Assembly (NCBI GenBank): GCA_001802125.1
Contig: MGZK01000130.1
Location: 243 to 64,242 of the forward strand
Length of the DNA stretch: 64,000 nt
DNA from: Geobacteraceae bacterium GWC2_55_20
Lineage (GTDB): Bacteria > Desulfobacterota > Desulfuromonadia > Geobacterales > Pseudopelobacteraceae
Direction of reading: 5' to 3'
Below the pieces are notes generated by a model. It made no database searches. It saw only the letters and a list, made by a program, of their open reading frames with translations, and was not told the DNA's origin. The position numbers and the translations under genes are program-made. This document shows, piece by piece, positions 51,718-61,494 of the stretch (positions within the stretch are counted from its first letter, which is position 1; the number at the start of each line of letters is the position of its first letter).

Positions 51718-53080
51718 TCTTCTCGTACTCATCAGGGGTATTCACATTGCTGAACGAGCTCAGCGCACCGGCGATGGAGCTGAACTCCTCCTGCTGAACC
51801 AGCTTCGTATCCACGCTGTCCAGAACCTGCAGGATGCTTTTCTCCCCGTTTCCGATAACGCTCCGCATCACATCCAAAGCGGTTTTACGATATACCGCGT
51901 GCAACGGCTCACGCAGACCTTCACTGTTTAGCGGCACAACCGCGTCACAGTTGCCGGATGCATGACAGAGCAGCCTGATCAGGTCCGGACTTAGAAAAGG
52001 CATATCACAGGCCGACACAAAGATCCTCTCTGTATTGCTGGCTGCCAGCCCCGCCTCAAGTCCCGCTATGGAGCCGACACCGGGATGGATATCGGCAACT
52101 TTGCGGCAGGGAAGAAAGTTGTATGCTTCGGGAGTGTTGGTGACAACGATTACTTCGTGAAAAAGAGACGCCAGCGTGCGGTAGCTGCGTGCGATTATCG
52201 CGTTCCCGTCAACCTCCATCAGCGCCTTGTTCCTGCCCATGCGGCTTGACTCGCCTCCGGCCAGTATAACTCCGGTAACCCCTTCGATCTTGCCTGCGGA
52301 TGGAAATGGCTCGATCACTTCCGGGTGGCTGTAAACCGTGAAGGAACCGCCCCGCACGTAACCGACCAGGCAGATGCCAGCCTGCTCACAGAGTTTGACC
52401 GCCATATCCGTGGGCGAGGTTCGCGATGCGATCAGCTTGATCCCCATCAGCGACGCCTTGGCAACCATTTCAGTCGAAACCCGGCCGGAAGTCACCAGTT
52501 CGGCGCCGGCCATGTTGATACCCTTGAAGAGCGCTTCCCCGGCAATCCGGTCAAAAGTGTTGTGCCTCCCAAGGTCCTCGGCATACAGCATCATCCGTCC
52601 GGCGCGGCCGATGGCGGCCGAATGGATACCACCATGTGAGCGATAGTGTGCCGCCCTTCTGGCCAGCTCCTCCATCAATCCAAAAATCTGGGCCGGCAGC
52701 ACAGGCTGTCCGTCCCCCCGGGCAAAATGGGTGTCTGAACCCGCATCGGGCATGCTGAAGCTGATGCCGGTGCCGCAACCGGAGGTAAGAACCGGTTTAA
52801 GACGCTCCGGCAGCTCGCCCTTGATCCGGACATTGGCGCTGCCGAACTCTTCGCAGACGCTGAACATCTCAAAATCGGACAGGGCCGATACGAAACCCTG
52901 CAGGCGCAGGAAGCCCGCCACCAGAAAACGCAGGTCGTGGGGAGAACCGATCAGGGTGGCAATTTCACGGCCATTTACGATCAATTGGACCGGGTATTCA
53001 CTGACCACTCCGGCCGAAACCGGCTGCAGGCAATCGTCACGGTAACTGAAAAATGAATATTTAGTGGGTTCTGTAGTCAT
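51701..53080 (-). CDS. Fusion protein: FdhD-like sulfurtransferase (N-terminal) + MobA-like molybdenum cofactor guanylyltransferase (C-terminal)
   Basis: The N-terminal ~270 aa carry SGCGTGISF, GGIHSAA and SRTSPTDMA, which are FdhD-like. The C-terminal ~190 aa start GVILAGGESSRMGRNKAL, which is MobA-like. Confidence 0.8.
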   Translation of the reverse strand: MTTEPTKYSFFSYRDDCLQPVSAGVVSEYPVQLIVNGREIATLIGSPHDLRFLVAGFLRLQGFVSALSDFEMFSVCEEFGSANVRIKGELPERLKPVLTSGCGTGISFSMPDAGSDTHFARGDGQPVLPAQIFGLMEELARRAAHYRSHGGIHSAAIGRAGRMMLYAEDLGRHNTFDRIAGEALFKGINMAGAELVTSGRVSTEMVAKASLMGIKLIASRTSPTDMAVKLCEQAGICLVGYVRGGSFTVYSHPEVIEPFPSAGKIEGVTGVILAGGESSRMGRNKALMEVDGNAIIARSYRTLASLFHEVIVVTNTPEAYNFLPCRKVADIHPGVGSIAGLEAGLAASNTERIFVSACDMPFLSPDLIRLLCHASGNCDAVVPLNSEGLREPLHAVYRKTALDVMRSVIGNGEKSILQVLDSVDTKLVQQEEFSSIAGALSSFSNVNTPDEYEKITGQK

Positions 53081-53102
53081 GGCTCACTCGCGTCCAGTTA
53101 AT

Positions 53103-53137
53103 ATGAAAGGGGGAAGAACCACATGTGTTCTCCCCCC
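53103..53137 (-). terminator. Hairpin terminator after lysC
   Basis: The minus strand reads GGGGGGAGAAC-ACATGTG-GTTCTTCCCCC (one mismatch) followed by TTTCAT. Confidence 0.5.
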
Positions 53138-53164
53138 TTGTCAAACAATGCTATCTTTTAAGAA

Positions 53165-54379
53165 TCAGCCGGCCAGGCCGAAAGTCTCATGCATGACACG
53201 CACGGCCAGTTCAGTGTATTTTTCGTCGATTATAACCGAGATTTTGATCTCGGAAGTGGAAATCATCTGGATGTTAATTCCGTTCTTAGACAGCGCGGTG
53301 AACATCTGGGTCGCCACACCGGCGTGACTGCGCATGCCGAGTCCGACGATCGATATCTTGCTGATGTTTTCGTCGGAAATAACCTGCTTGGCCTGGACCT
53401 CCTTGGCGGACTCGTTTGTGATCAGAAGCGCCTGTTTCAAGTCGGCCTTGGTAACGGTAAAGGTGAAGTCGGTCAGGCCATCGCTGCTCACATTCTGAAC
53501 GATCATATCGACCGAAATGGCCGCATCCGAAAGCGGGGTAAGGATTTTTGCAGCGATACCCGGTTTGTCGGGTACACCCATCACGGCAATTTTGGCCTCA
53601 TTCTTGTCATACGCAACCCCTGAAACGAGAATTCCTTCCATTTCCTTATCCTCCCTGGTAACCATCGTACCGGTGTTTTCATTTAGACTGGAGCGGACAT
53701 GCACGTCCACATTGTATTTTTTGGCAAATTCGACCGAACGGATCTGAAGGACCTTGGCTCCCAGACTGGCCAATTCCAGCATCTCGTCGTAGGATATTTT
53801 TTCGATCTTGCGGGCTTCCTTGCAAATATTCGGATCGGTAGTGTAAACACCGTCAACGTCGGTATAAATCTCGCAAACATCGGCTTTCAATGCGGCGGCG
53901 ATGGCCACGGCAGAAGTATCGGAACCGCCGCGTCCCAGCGTGGTGACATTTCCGTGGGCATCAACCCCCTGGAAACCGGCCAGGATCACGATCGTGCCGT
54001 CCTTCAGATCGGCACGCATGTTGGCGTCATCGATGCTCTCGATTCGAGCCTTGGTTGCGGTGGAATCGGTAACAATCGGCACCTGCCATCCCTGGTATGA
54101 TTTGGCCTTATATCCCTGTGACTTGAGATACATGGCCAGCAGGCCGATCGTGACCTGCTCACCGGTGGCAACCAGAACGTCATATTCGCGACCGTCCGGA
54201 ATTTCACACATTTCATTGGCAAGCGCGACCAACTTGTTGGTCTCGCCGGACATGGCCGAGACAACAACAATAACGTCGTTTCCGGCATCGTATGTTTTGA
54301 TGATGCGTTTGGCGACATTTTTTATGCGATCGGTTGTGCCGACCGAAGTGCCGCCGTATTTCTGGACTACAAGCGCCAT
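53165..54379 (-). CDS. lysC: Aspartate kinase (with C-terminal ACT domains)
   Basis: Motifs are VVQKYGGTSV, GRGGSDT, TDVDGVYTTDP and tandem ACT regions. Confidence 0.95.
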   Translation of the reverse strand: MALVVQKYGGTSVGTTDRIKNVAKRIIKTYDAGNDVIVVVSAMSGETNKLVALANEMCEIPDGREYDVLVATGEQVTIGLLAMYLKSQGYKAKSYQGWQVPIVTDSTATKARIESIDDANMRADLKDGTIVILAGFQGVDAHGNVTTLGRGGSDTSAVAIAAALKADVCEIYTDVDGVYTTDPNICKEARKIEKISYDEMLELASLGAKVLQIRSVEFAKKYNVDVHVRSSLNENTGTMVTREDKEMEGILVSGVAYDKNEAKIAVMGVPDKPGIAAKILTPLSDAAISVDMIVQNVSSDGLTDFTFTVTKADLKQALLITNESAKEVQAKQVISDENISKISIVGLGMRSHAGVATQMFTALSKNGINIQMISTSEIKISVIIDEKYTELAVRVMHETFGLAG

Positions 54380-54455
54380 ACTATCCTCCCTGATTATAAT
54401 TGCCTTAAAAAGTAAATATCGGGTTTTGCTCTATAGCAGATATGCTACTATCAGG

Positions 54456-54947
54456 TCAAAGAAAATTTTCCTTTAATCGTTCTACGGACAATTGTTCAAG
54501 AATATCCGCCGAGACAGGACCGTTTGCGGTTATGGTAATCAAGCGCCGGTCGTCTTCGAGATAGTCGAATTCGACAACCAGATGATCGGCCGGCAAGAGA
54601 TTGTTCAACCGCTCGGACCATTCCACAACACAGACCCCCTTGCCATGGAAGTATTCTTCAAAGCCGAGTTCAACAATATCATCATCACCGCTCAGCCGGT
54701 AAAAATCAAAATGATGGACCGGCACTTGGCCGGGATAGCTGTTCATGATTGCAAAGGTCGGGCTGGCTACCATATGAGCGCTGACCGGCGATACAGCAGA
54801 AACCACGCCACGGGTGAAGCAGGTCTTGCCCCCTCCCAGCCCACCCCGAAGCGCCAGAAAGGAACCGGGCTTGAGTATCAAGCCCAACCGGTATCCCAAC
54901 CGTTCGGTCTCCAACGGAGAGCATGAAACTATCCGCCTTCCGGGCAC
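54456..54947 (-). CDS. tsaE: tRNA t6A37 biosynthesis ATPase TsaE
   Basis: Motifs are LRGGLGGGKT, SPTF, HFDFYRL and VVEW. Confidence 0.88.
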   Translation of the reverse strand: MPGRRIVSCSPLETERLGYRLGLILKPGSFLALRGGLGGGKTCFTRGVVSAVSPVSAHMVASPTFAIMNSYPGQVPVHHFDFYRLSGDDDIVELGFEEYFHGKGVCVVEWSERLNNLLPADHLVVEFDYLEDDRRLITITANGPVSADILEQLSVERLKENFL

Positions 54948-55396
54948 TAGCGGTTCATGGAGCGGATGATGTCGATGCGCGAAACCATGCCGACAACTCT
55001 TTTCCCGTCCACAACCGGGAGCGCATGCAGTTTATGGCTGCTCATCAAATCGGCCGCCTTGCTGACCGGTTCACTTGGCGAGATCGTGACAACATCCTTT
55101 GAAGCCAGTTCGGCTGCGGTCTGGGCGGTAATTTTTCTCAGATCCCGCTCCAGGCTCTGTTCGCTTTCAAGCGGTATTACCCAGTCAAAAAGCGAAATGA
55201 CGGTCGGAATATGCAATGGACGCCCCTGCTCGATCAGATCCGAGGCGGTGACGATACCGGAAAGGTTGCCCTGATCGTCCAGCACCGGTAGGCTGCCGAA
55301 GCCCATCTTGTCGAATATTTCCGCCATCTCGCGCACCGTGGTGGTTCCTTTTACACTTACAACCTCTTTTGTCATTATATCCGCAACGGTTTGCAT
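54947..55396 (-). CDS. CBS-domain pair protein
   Basis: It has two CBS repeats (VADIMTKEVVSV..., ...LASKDVVTISP...). The start MQTVADIM at 55396 has AAGGAGA 7 nt upstream. The track start at 55426 overlaps nnr. Confidence 0.8.
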   Translation of the reverse strand: MQTVADIMTKEVVSVKGTTTVREMAEIFDKMGFGSLPVLDDQGNLSGIVTASDLIEQGRPLHIPTVISLFDWVIPLESEQSLERDLRKITAQTAAELASKDVVTISPSEPVSKAADLMSSHKLHALPVVDGKRVVGMVSRIDIIRSMNR

Positions 55397-55412
55397 GGTA
55401 ATTCTCCTTTGT

Positions 55413-56993
55413 TCAGAACTCGCCAAACATTCTCAGGTTGGTCAGCAGTGTGTTTTTAAGCAGCTTGTTATAGGCAAAGGGCAGTTTTTCCTGAACATCC
55501 GTGGCATTGATGCCGATCTCGCCCTTGTCATCAGCCACCAGGTCCGCCGAATAGCCGTGGATGAACACTCCCAGCCGGCAGGCATCCCAGGATGAGTATC
55601 CCTGTCCCAAAAGCGAAACGATTATTCCGGTAAGGACATCTCCCATGCCGCCGGTAGCCATTCCCGGATTACCGCTGCCGTTGATGGCCGCAATTCCGTC
55701 GGGCGATGCTATGATGGTTCTGGCCCCCTTCAGCACCAGGTAGACGCCGTAGTCACGGGCAAATTCCTGAGCCACCGAGATGCGGATCGCATCCACATCC
55801 GGTATTGAAGTCCCCAACAGGCGCGACATTTCACCCGGATGAGGAGTTAATACCACATTTCGGGATTTTTTTCGACGCAGTACGCTCATATCCTCCGCCA
55901 GGGCGTTCAGACCGTCAGCATCAATCACCAACGGCAGATTTATGGCCTCCACCAGTGTCTGTACCAGGGCGACCGTGCCGGGACGGCGGTCAAGCCCGGG
56001 GCCGATAGCCACGGCGTCCTTACCCGGCAACAGTTTTTCAATGACCGGAAAGGCACTGCTGGAGAGATGGCCGCTACCGGCATCGGCAAGCGGAACCGTC
56101 ATCGCTTCGGTCGTCTTTACTTCCAGAATACTGTTGAGGCTTTCTGCAATTGCCAGCGTCACCAGTCCTGACCCGGCCCGCACCGCACTGTTGGCAGAAA
56201 GCGCCGCCGCCCCGGTTTTTCCGGTGGAGCCGGCAATAATCAGGCAATGGCCGAATACTCCTTTATGGGCCTGACGATCTCGCCGGTAAAGCATCGGGCG
56301 GATTGTTTCCTCATTCAGAAATTCATAACCTGAAGCTGACTCGATTAGTTTCTGCGGAACACCGATATCGACGACCACCAAACGTCCGGTATGTTCGGCT
56401 CCGGGATACAAAACGTGCCCCAACTTGGCAAACGCAAAGGTCACCGTGATATAGGCCCGTATGGCGGCTCCCAGCACGCGACCGGTTGTACCATGGATTC
56501 CCGAAGGTATATCGACGGAAAGTACCGGACGTCCGGAGGCATTGATCAATTCAATAGCTTCCAGATATATGCCGCTGACATCGCTACGCAGTCCGGTGCC
56601 CAGCAGCGCGTCAATTACCACGTCGGCCTGGAAGATATCATCCATATGTAATGCCTGGAGCTGACCTTCGTGGATACAGAAGTTGGTCAACTCAGCTGGT
56701 ATTTTATCCAGATTAACCGCCGCATCACCACCGATCTGCTCACGTTCCGCCAGGATGATGACCTTGATGTTCCACCCCTTCTGACTCAGCAGACGGGCGA
56801 TCACATATCCATCACCGCCATTGTTTCCCTTCCCGGACATGATCACGGCCCGGCCTTTCAGGCCGAACTCCGCAATGACCTCGTCAACGCAGCCGCGCCC
56901 GGCTTTCTCCATCAATTCAAGGCCGGGGATTCCGAACTCCTCGATGGCCCTTCTGTCGGTTTCCTGCATGGTATGTGCGGTTACGACTCTCAT
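55413..56993 (-). CDS. nnr: Bifunctional NAD(P)H-hydrate repair enzyme Nnr (epimerase + ADP-dependent dehydratase)
   Basis: The N-terminal YjeF_N region has [11 protein letters not shown]. The C-terminal carbohydrate-kinase region has [16 protein letters not shown] and GGMGDVLTG. Confidence 0.9.
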   Translation of the reverse strand: MRVVTAHTMQETDRRAIEEFGIPGLELMEKAGRGCVDEVIAEFGLKGRAVIMSGKGNNGGDGYVIARLLSQKGWNIKVIILAEREQIGGDAAVNLDKIPAELTNFCIHEGQLQALHMDDIFQADVVIDALLGTGLRSDVSGIYLEAIELINASGRPVLSVDIPSGIHGTTGRVLGAAIRAYITVTFAFAKLGHVLYPGAEHTGRLVVVDIGVPQKLIESASGYEFLNEETIRPMLYRRDRQAHKGVFGHCLIIAGSTGKTGAAALSANSAVRAGSGLVTLAIAESLNSILEVKTTEAMTVPLADAGSGHLSSSAFPVIEKLLPGKDAVAIGPGLDRRPGTVALVQTLVEAINLPLVIDADGLNALAEDMSVLRRKKSRNVVLTPHPGEMSRLLGTSIPDVDAIRISVAQEFARDYGVYLVLKGARTIIASPDGIAAINGSGNPGMATGGMGDVLTGIIVSLLGQGYSSWDACRLGVFIHGYSADLVADDKGEIGINATDVQEKLPFAYNKLLKNTLLTNLRMFGEF

Positions 56994-57370
56994 AAAACCT
57001 CCAGAACAACCATTGCAACGGCATGTCCGCCGTCATGAGACATGGAAAGCAGTGCATTGCGCAAACCACGCGCCTGATACAATTCTGCAGCCCTGCCGGA
57101 CAGGGTCAGTTCCGGCTTGCCGAGCTTATCATTGACGACTTCAATGTCATGCCATGAAATCCCGTCACGAAGCCCTGTCCCCAATGCCTTCAAAAAGGCC
57201 TCCTTGGCAGCGAAGCGAGCGGCAAAACAGGATGCGGCGTCTTTGCGATTGCGGCAGGTTGACAGTTCCGCTGACGTGAAGAGCCTTTCCAGCAGCGCGT
57301 TGTTACCTTGATCCAGAAAACGCTGAAACCGGTCCGTGGCGGCAATATCAACACCAATCCCATGAATCAT
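56990..57370 (-). CDS. acpS: Holo-[acyl-carrier-protein] synthase
   Basis: 126 aa with GIGVDI, FAAKEA..KALG and SMSHDG. Confidence 0.9.
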   Translation of the reverse strand: MIHGIGVDIAATDRFQRFLDQGNNALLERLFTSAELSTCRNRKDAASCFAARFAAKEAFLKALGTGLRDGISWHDIEVVNDKLGKPELTLSGRAAELYQARGLRNALLSMSHDGGHAVAMVVLEVL

Positions 57371-58086
57371 GCGTATTTGATCAACTCCACCATGTCGCGC
57401 ACTGCACGATCCAGTCCCACCAGCATGGCGCGGGCAATAATCGAGTGCCCGATGTTATACTCTTCGATACCGCCCAATGCCGCCAGCGCCTTGACATTGA
57501 CATAGTTCAGTCCGTGGCCGGCATTGACCCCCAAACCCACCTTGCGGGCCAGCTTTATAGCGGTGTCGATATTATCCAGCTCCCGTTTCCGGTCATCCCA
57601 GAGTTGCGCCTCGGCATAGGCTCCGGTGTGAATCTCGATGTAATCGGTGCCGGTCTTGTTGGCGGCCTTGATCTGTTCCTGGTTCGGATCGACAAACAGG
57701 CTGACGGTAATGCCGCCGTCCTTGAGGCGTTTGACGGTATCAGCGATCTGCTTGGCATTGATGATCACATCCAGACCGCCTTCGGTGGTCAGTTCCTGGC
57801 GCTTTTCAGGCACCAGAGTAACCTGTTCCGGTTTTATGCGGAGCGCAATACGCACCATCTCCTGGGTAGCGGCCATTTCCAGGTTAAGCTTGGTCTTGAC
57901 CGTCTGGCGCAGTATTTCCAGATCGCGGTCCTGGATATGCCGGCGGTCTTCACGCAAATGGATCGTGATCCCCTCTGCGCCGGCCAGCTCACCCAGGGCG
58001 GCGGCGGTAACCGGATCAGGCTCGTTTCCGCCCCTGGCCTGCCGGACAGTGGCTATATGATCAACGTTGAGTCCCAATTTCGCCAT
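57367..58086 (-). CDS. pdxJ: Pyridoxine 5'-phosphate synthase
   Basis: Motifs are [30 protein letters not shown] and NAGHGLNY. Confidence 0.95.
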   Translation of the reverse strand: MAKLGLNVDHIATVRQARGGNEPDPVTAAALGELAGAEGITIHLREDRRHIQDRDLEILRQTVKTKLNLEMAATQEMVRIALRIKPEQVTLVPEKRQELTTEGGLDVIINAKQIADTVKRLKDGGITVSLFVDPNQEQIKAANKTGTDYIEIHTGAYAEAQLWDDRKRELDNIDTAIKLARKVGLGVNAGHGLNYVNVKALAALGGIEEYNIGHSIIARAMLVGLDRAVRDMVELIKYA

Positions 58087-58088
58087 TG

Positions 58089-59447
58089 CTATTTCTCTCC
58101 GATATGTTTCTTGACCAGCTCGCAGATCTCGTTGGCCCAGGTGGTGATCTCGTACTTGTCCTGACCCTCGATCATGACCCGCAACAACGGTTCCGTGCCG
58201 GAATAGCGGATCAATACCCGCCCCTCGTTACCCAGCTTCTGCTCGACATCGCCGATTTTGGCGGCCACATCACTGAATGTGAGGATATCGCGCTTTTCGC
58301 TGACCCTGGCGTTGCACAGCACCTGTGGTAGCGGAATCATGATCTCGGCCAGCTCCGAAAGCGGCTTACCCTCGCGACGCATGACCGCCAGCAGTTTCAG
58401 GGCCGATAGAATACCGTCGCCGGTGGTGCTGTAATCCAGAAAAATCATGTGGCCCGACTGCTCGCCACCCAGATTATAGCCCCCCTTACGCATCGCCTCA
58501 ACCACATAGCGATCGCCGACATCGGTTTTGACGATCTTGCCGCCAGACTTGCGAAGCGCGATATCCAACCCCATGTTGCTCATGACCGTGGCCACCAGGG
58601 TCTTCTTCTTGAGCAGCTTGCGCTTGAGCATATCACTGGCGCAGATGGCCATGATATGGTCGCCGTCCACCTCGTTGCCGAATTCATCGCAAACAATGAC
58701 CCGGTCGGCGTCCCCGTCCAGCGCGATGCCTATGTCGGCGCGATGAAGCTTTACCGCATCACTGATCACCGATGGGCAGGTTGAACCGCATTCGGCGTTG
58801 ATGTTGGTTCCGTTCGGCTTGACGCCCAGCGCGATTACCTCGGCGCCCAGCTCCTCGAAAACGGCCGGCGCGACCTTGTAGGCGGCGCCGTTGGCGCAGT
58901 CCAACACAATTTTAAGCCCGGAGAGGTCCATCTCGGGCGGGAAGGTATTTTTAAGGAACACTATGTAACGCCCGGCGGCATCGTCCAGGCGAAAAGCTTT
59001 TCCGACTTCGGTCGCGGTCGGACGCAGCGCGTCGATTTTATTGGTTTCGATCAGCTTCTCTATTTTCAGCTCCACCGCATCGGGCAGTTTGAAGCCGTCG
59101 GCGGAAAAGAACTTGATGCCGTTATCCTGAAAGGCATTGTGTGAAGCGGATATAACCACACCGGCGTCGGCCCGCATGGATGAGGTGATGTTTGCAATGC
59201 CGGGAGTCGGCAGCGGACCTACCAGCAACACATCGACCCCCATCGAACAGATGCCGGCTACTAATGCGTTTTCAAGCATATATCCTGAAAGACGGGTATC
59301 CTTGCCGATTACTATGCGGTGGCGGCGTTTGCTGGAGCTTTTGAAAATATAGGCGGCGGCTCGACCGAGCTGCATCGCTATCTCGGTCGTCATGGGATAT
59401 ACATTGGCGACACCGCGAACGCCGTCGGTTCCGAACAGTTTTTTCAT
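58089..59447 (-). CDS. glmM: Phosphoglucosamine mutase
   Basis: Motifs are FGTDGVRG, the active-site [20 protein letters not shown] and GGEQSGH. Confidence 0.95.
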   Translation of the reverse strand: MKKLFGTDGVRGVANVYPMTTEIAMQLGRAAAYIFKSSSKRRHRIVIGKDTRLSGYMLENALVAGICSMGVDVLLVGPLPTPGIANITSSMRADAGVVISASHNAFQDNGIKFFSADGFKLPDAVELKIEKLIETNKIDALRPTATEVGKAFRLDDAAGRYIVFLKNTFPPEMDLSGLKIVLDCANGAAYKVAPAVFEELGAEVIALGVKPNGTNINAECGSTCPSVISDAVKLHRADIGIALDGDADRVIVCDEFGNEVDGDHIMAICASDMLKRKLLKKKTLVATVMSNMGLDIALRKSGGKIVKTDVGDRYVVEAMRKGGYNLGGEQSGHMIFLDYSTTGDGILSALKLLAVMRREGKPLSELAEIMIPLPQVLCNARVSEKRDILTFSDVAAKIGDVEQKLGNEGRVLIRYSGTEPLLRVMIEGQDKYEITTWANEICELVKKHIGEK

Positions 59448-59471
59448 GATTGTTTCTCTCCTGATGACTAA

Positions 59472-60257
59472 TTAATCTGCAGTGGCCTGTGCCCTTGGAA
59501 CACGTTTCCCTTCGACCGCCTTGCGGGAAAGCCGGCGGATTTCGGCCGGGTCGGCATCATAGGTAATTTTCCCATCGTGAACGATGGATATCTTTCCGGT
59601 CTCTTCCGATACCACCAGCACCAGCACGTCGGTCTGTTCCGAAATTCCCAGCGCCGCCCGGTGGCGCGTACCGAAACTCTTGGCTATATCCGGATTCTGG
59701 GTCAACGGCAGAAAGCAGCCGGCCCTGGTGATCTTGTCCCTCTGGATGATTACGGCGCCGTCATGGATGGGAGAATATGGAAGAAAGATAGAATTCAGGA
59801 GTTCGCTGGTCACCTTGGCATCGATTTCCGTTCCAACCTGGATCATGTGGTCGATCGACATCTGGCGTATGATCACGATCAGTGCTCCGATCCGGCGTTC
59901 TGCCAGCTCATGCAATCCCTTGGACAACTCGTCCACCGTCGCGGAAAGGTCAGAATTCGTACCGTCATCCGGCTTGTGACGCTTCCAGAACGAAAAGAGC
60001 GCCCGCTTGATGTCGCTCTGGAATATGACGGCCAGTATAACCGGCGATGAATACAGCAGATTCTTCAAAAACGCGGCGGTCGAGGCAAGACCGATGCTTT
60101 CGGCAACGGACTCGCCGATAAAGAGAACCGAGAGAACCGCCAGAAGCCGAAGCGCGGCCTCTTTTCTCAGCATAATTGCACAACAGCAGATCAGACCGGC
60201 CACAAAAAGCTTGTCAAAGAAATTGATCAGGGTGAGGCTGTCGGAGGATGGAGCCAT
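59472..60257 (-). CDS. cdaA: Diadenylate cyclase CdaA (membrane-anchored DAC domain)
   Basis: It has three N-terminal TM segments. The DAC motifs are HDGAVII and GTRHRAALG. Confidence 0.88.
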   Translation of the reverse strand: MAPSSDSLTLINFFDKLFVAGLICCCAIMLRKEAALRLLAVLSVLFIGESVAESIGLASTAAFLKNLLYSSPVILAVIFQSDIKRALFSFWKRHKPDDGTNSDLSATVDELSKGLHELAERRIGALIVIIRQMSIDHMIQVGTEIDAKVTSELLNSIFLPYSPIHDGAVIIQRDKITRAGCFLPLTQNPDIAKSFGTRHRAALGISEQTDVLVLVVSEETGKISIVHDGKITYDADPAEIRRLSRKAVEGKRVPRAQATAD

Positions 60258-60287
60258 GGTTCCCCATTCGGAGTGGAGTGTGGCATT

Positions 60288-61493
60288 TCAGTGCCGTAAA
60301 ACGGCATGGGCAACGTCAGCAACATCACGCATCGCCCGGACATCATGCACCCGCAGGATCGACGAGCCGTTGGCCACCGAAAGAGCCACCGTGGCAGCAG
60401 TGCCGAACAGACGCTCTGAAGCCGAATCCCGCTCCAGTATCTTTCCGATGAATGACTTGCGGGATGTGCCCACCAGAACCGGCATTCCCATGCCGGTAAA
60501 TTCTCTAAGACGACGTAAAATCTCCAGGTTGCCGGCGGTATCCTTGCCGAATCCGATGCCGGGGTCCACGGCAATGCGGCACGGGTCTACGCCTGCTTCC
60601 AACGCAAGTTTAACTGAACTCTGCAAACCGCTGACTATTTCGGTGATCAGGTCCGAATAACCGGTATTCTTCTGCATCTGATCCGGCTTGCCGCGAGTAT
60701 GCATCAGCACTGCGGCGGCGCCGCTCCCGGCCGCTACGGCAGCCATTCGCGGATCGAATTTGAAGCCGCTGATATCATTTATTATTTCCGCTCCGGCCGA
60801 AAGTGCGCGGCCGGCGACGTCACTCTTCCAAGTGTCCACTGAGATTGCGCACCGAAGAACATCGGAAAGGCGTTCGATAACCGGGATGATTCGGGCTGAC
60901 TCCTCATCGGCCTGTACAGGCGCCGAACCGGGCCGGGTGCTTTCACCGCCGATATCGATGATGTCGGCCCCTTCGGCCTCCATCAGCAGGGCATGCTCCA
61001 CGGCAAGTCCGGGGTCGGTAAAACGTCCGCCGTCCGAGAATGAATCCGGTGTCAGATTAAGAATGCCCATTATCAACGGGCGTTCGAGTGAAAACTCGCG
61101 ACGGGATGTCACCCATCTTTGCGGAGGTTGTTTGATGTTGTCCAGAAGCGTGTTGAGTTCCATTGCCAAAGCCGGCAAGTCGAATGGTTGCGCCTTCAAC
61201 TTGTCACAGAGCTGCAACAGCTGCTTATCGGTGCCGATCAGGATCACATCTGTATCGTTTATGCTGCAAGCCACCGTGCCGCGTGCAACCGCGGCATCCC
61301 CCCCCAGAGACAGCATTTCCTGCTTGAGTATGTTGGCCTGACGGCACTGCAGACCAGGCAGATGGATACAACGGGTCAACATCTTGCCGCTCATCATGCC
61401 CAGGCCGCCTGAGTCCACACCGACACGTTCAAGCTCGGACCTGGCCTGAACAGGAGTGCTGACCGACAGCACCCTGGGCGAAAAACCAGCCAT
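60288..61493 (-). CDS. folP: Dihydropteroate synthase with a ~125-aa N-terminal extension
   Basis: The pterin-binding core starts at IMGILNLTPDSFSDGG (about residue 130) and includes DIGGEST, SVDT, INDISG, MH and GIGFGK. I do not recognise the N-terminal 125 aa. Confidence 0.88.
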   Translation of the reverse strand: MAGFSPRVLSVSTPVQARSELERVGVDSGGLGMMSGKMLTRCIHLPGLQCRQANILKQEMLSLGGDAAVARGTVACSINDTDVILIGTDKQLLQLCDKLKAQPFDLPALAMELNTLLDNIKQPPQRWVTSRREFSLERPLIMGILNLTPDSFSDGGRFTDPGLAVEHALLMEAEGADIIDIGGESTRPGSAPVQADEESARIIPVIERLSDVLRCAISVDTWKSDVAGRALSAGAEIINDISGFKFDPRMAAVAAGSGAAAVLMHTRGKPDQMQKNTGYSDLITEIVSGLQSSVKLALEAGVDPCRIAVDPGIGFGKDTAGNLEILRRLREFTGMGMPVLVGTSRKSFIGKILERDSASERLFGTAATVALSVANGSSILRVHDVRAMRDVADVAHAVLRH

Positions 61494-61494
61494 A

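Noticed and set aside
54380-54455. Lysine riboswitch upstream of lysC
   Set aside because: The spacer to tsaE is only 76 nt and AT-rich. That is too short for an L-box aptamer of about 180 nt.
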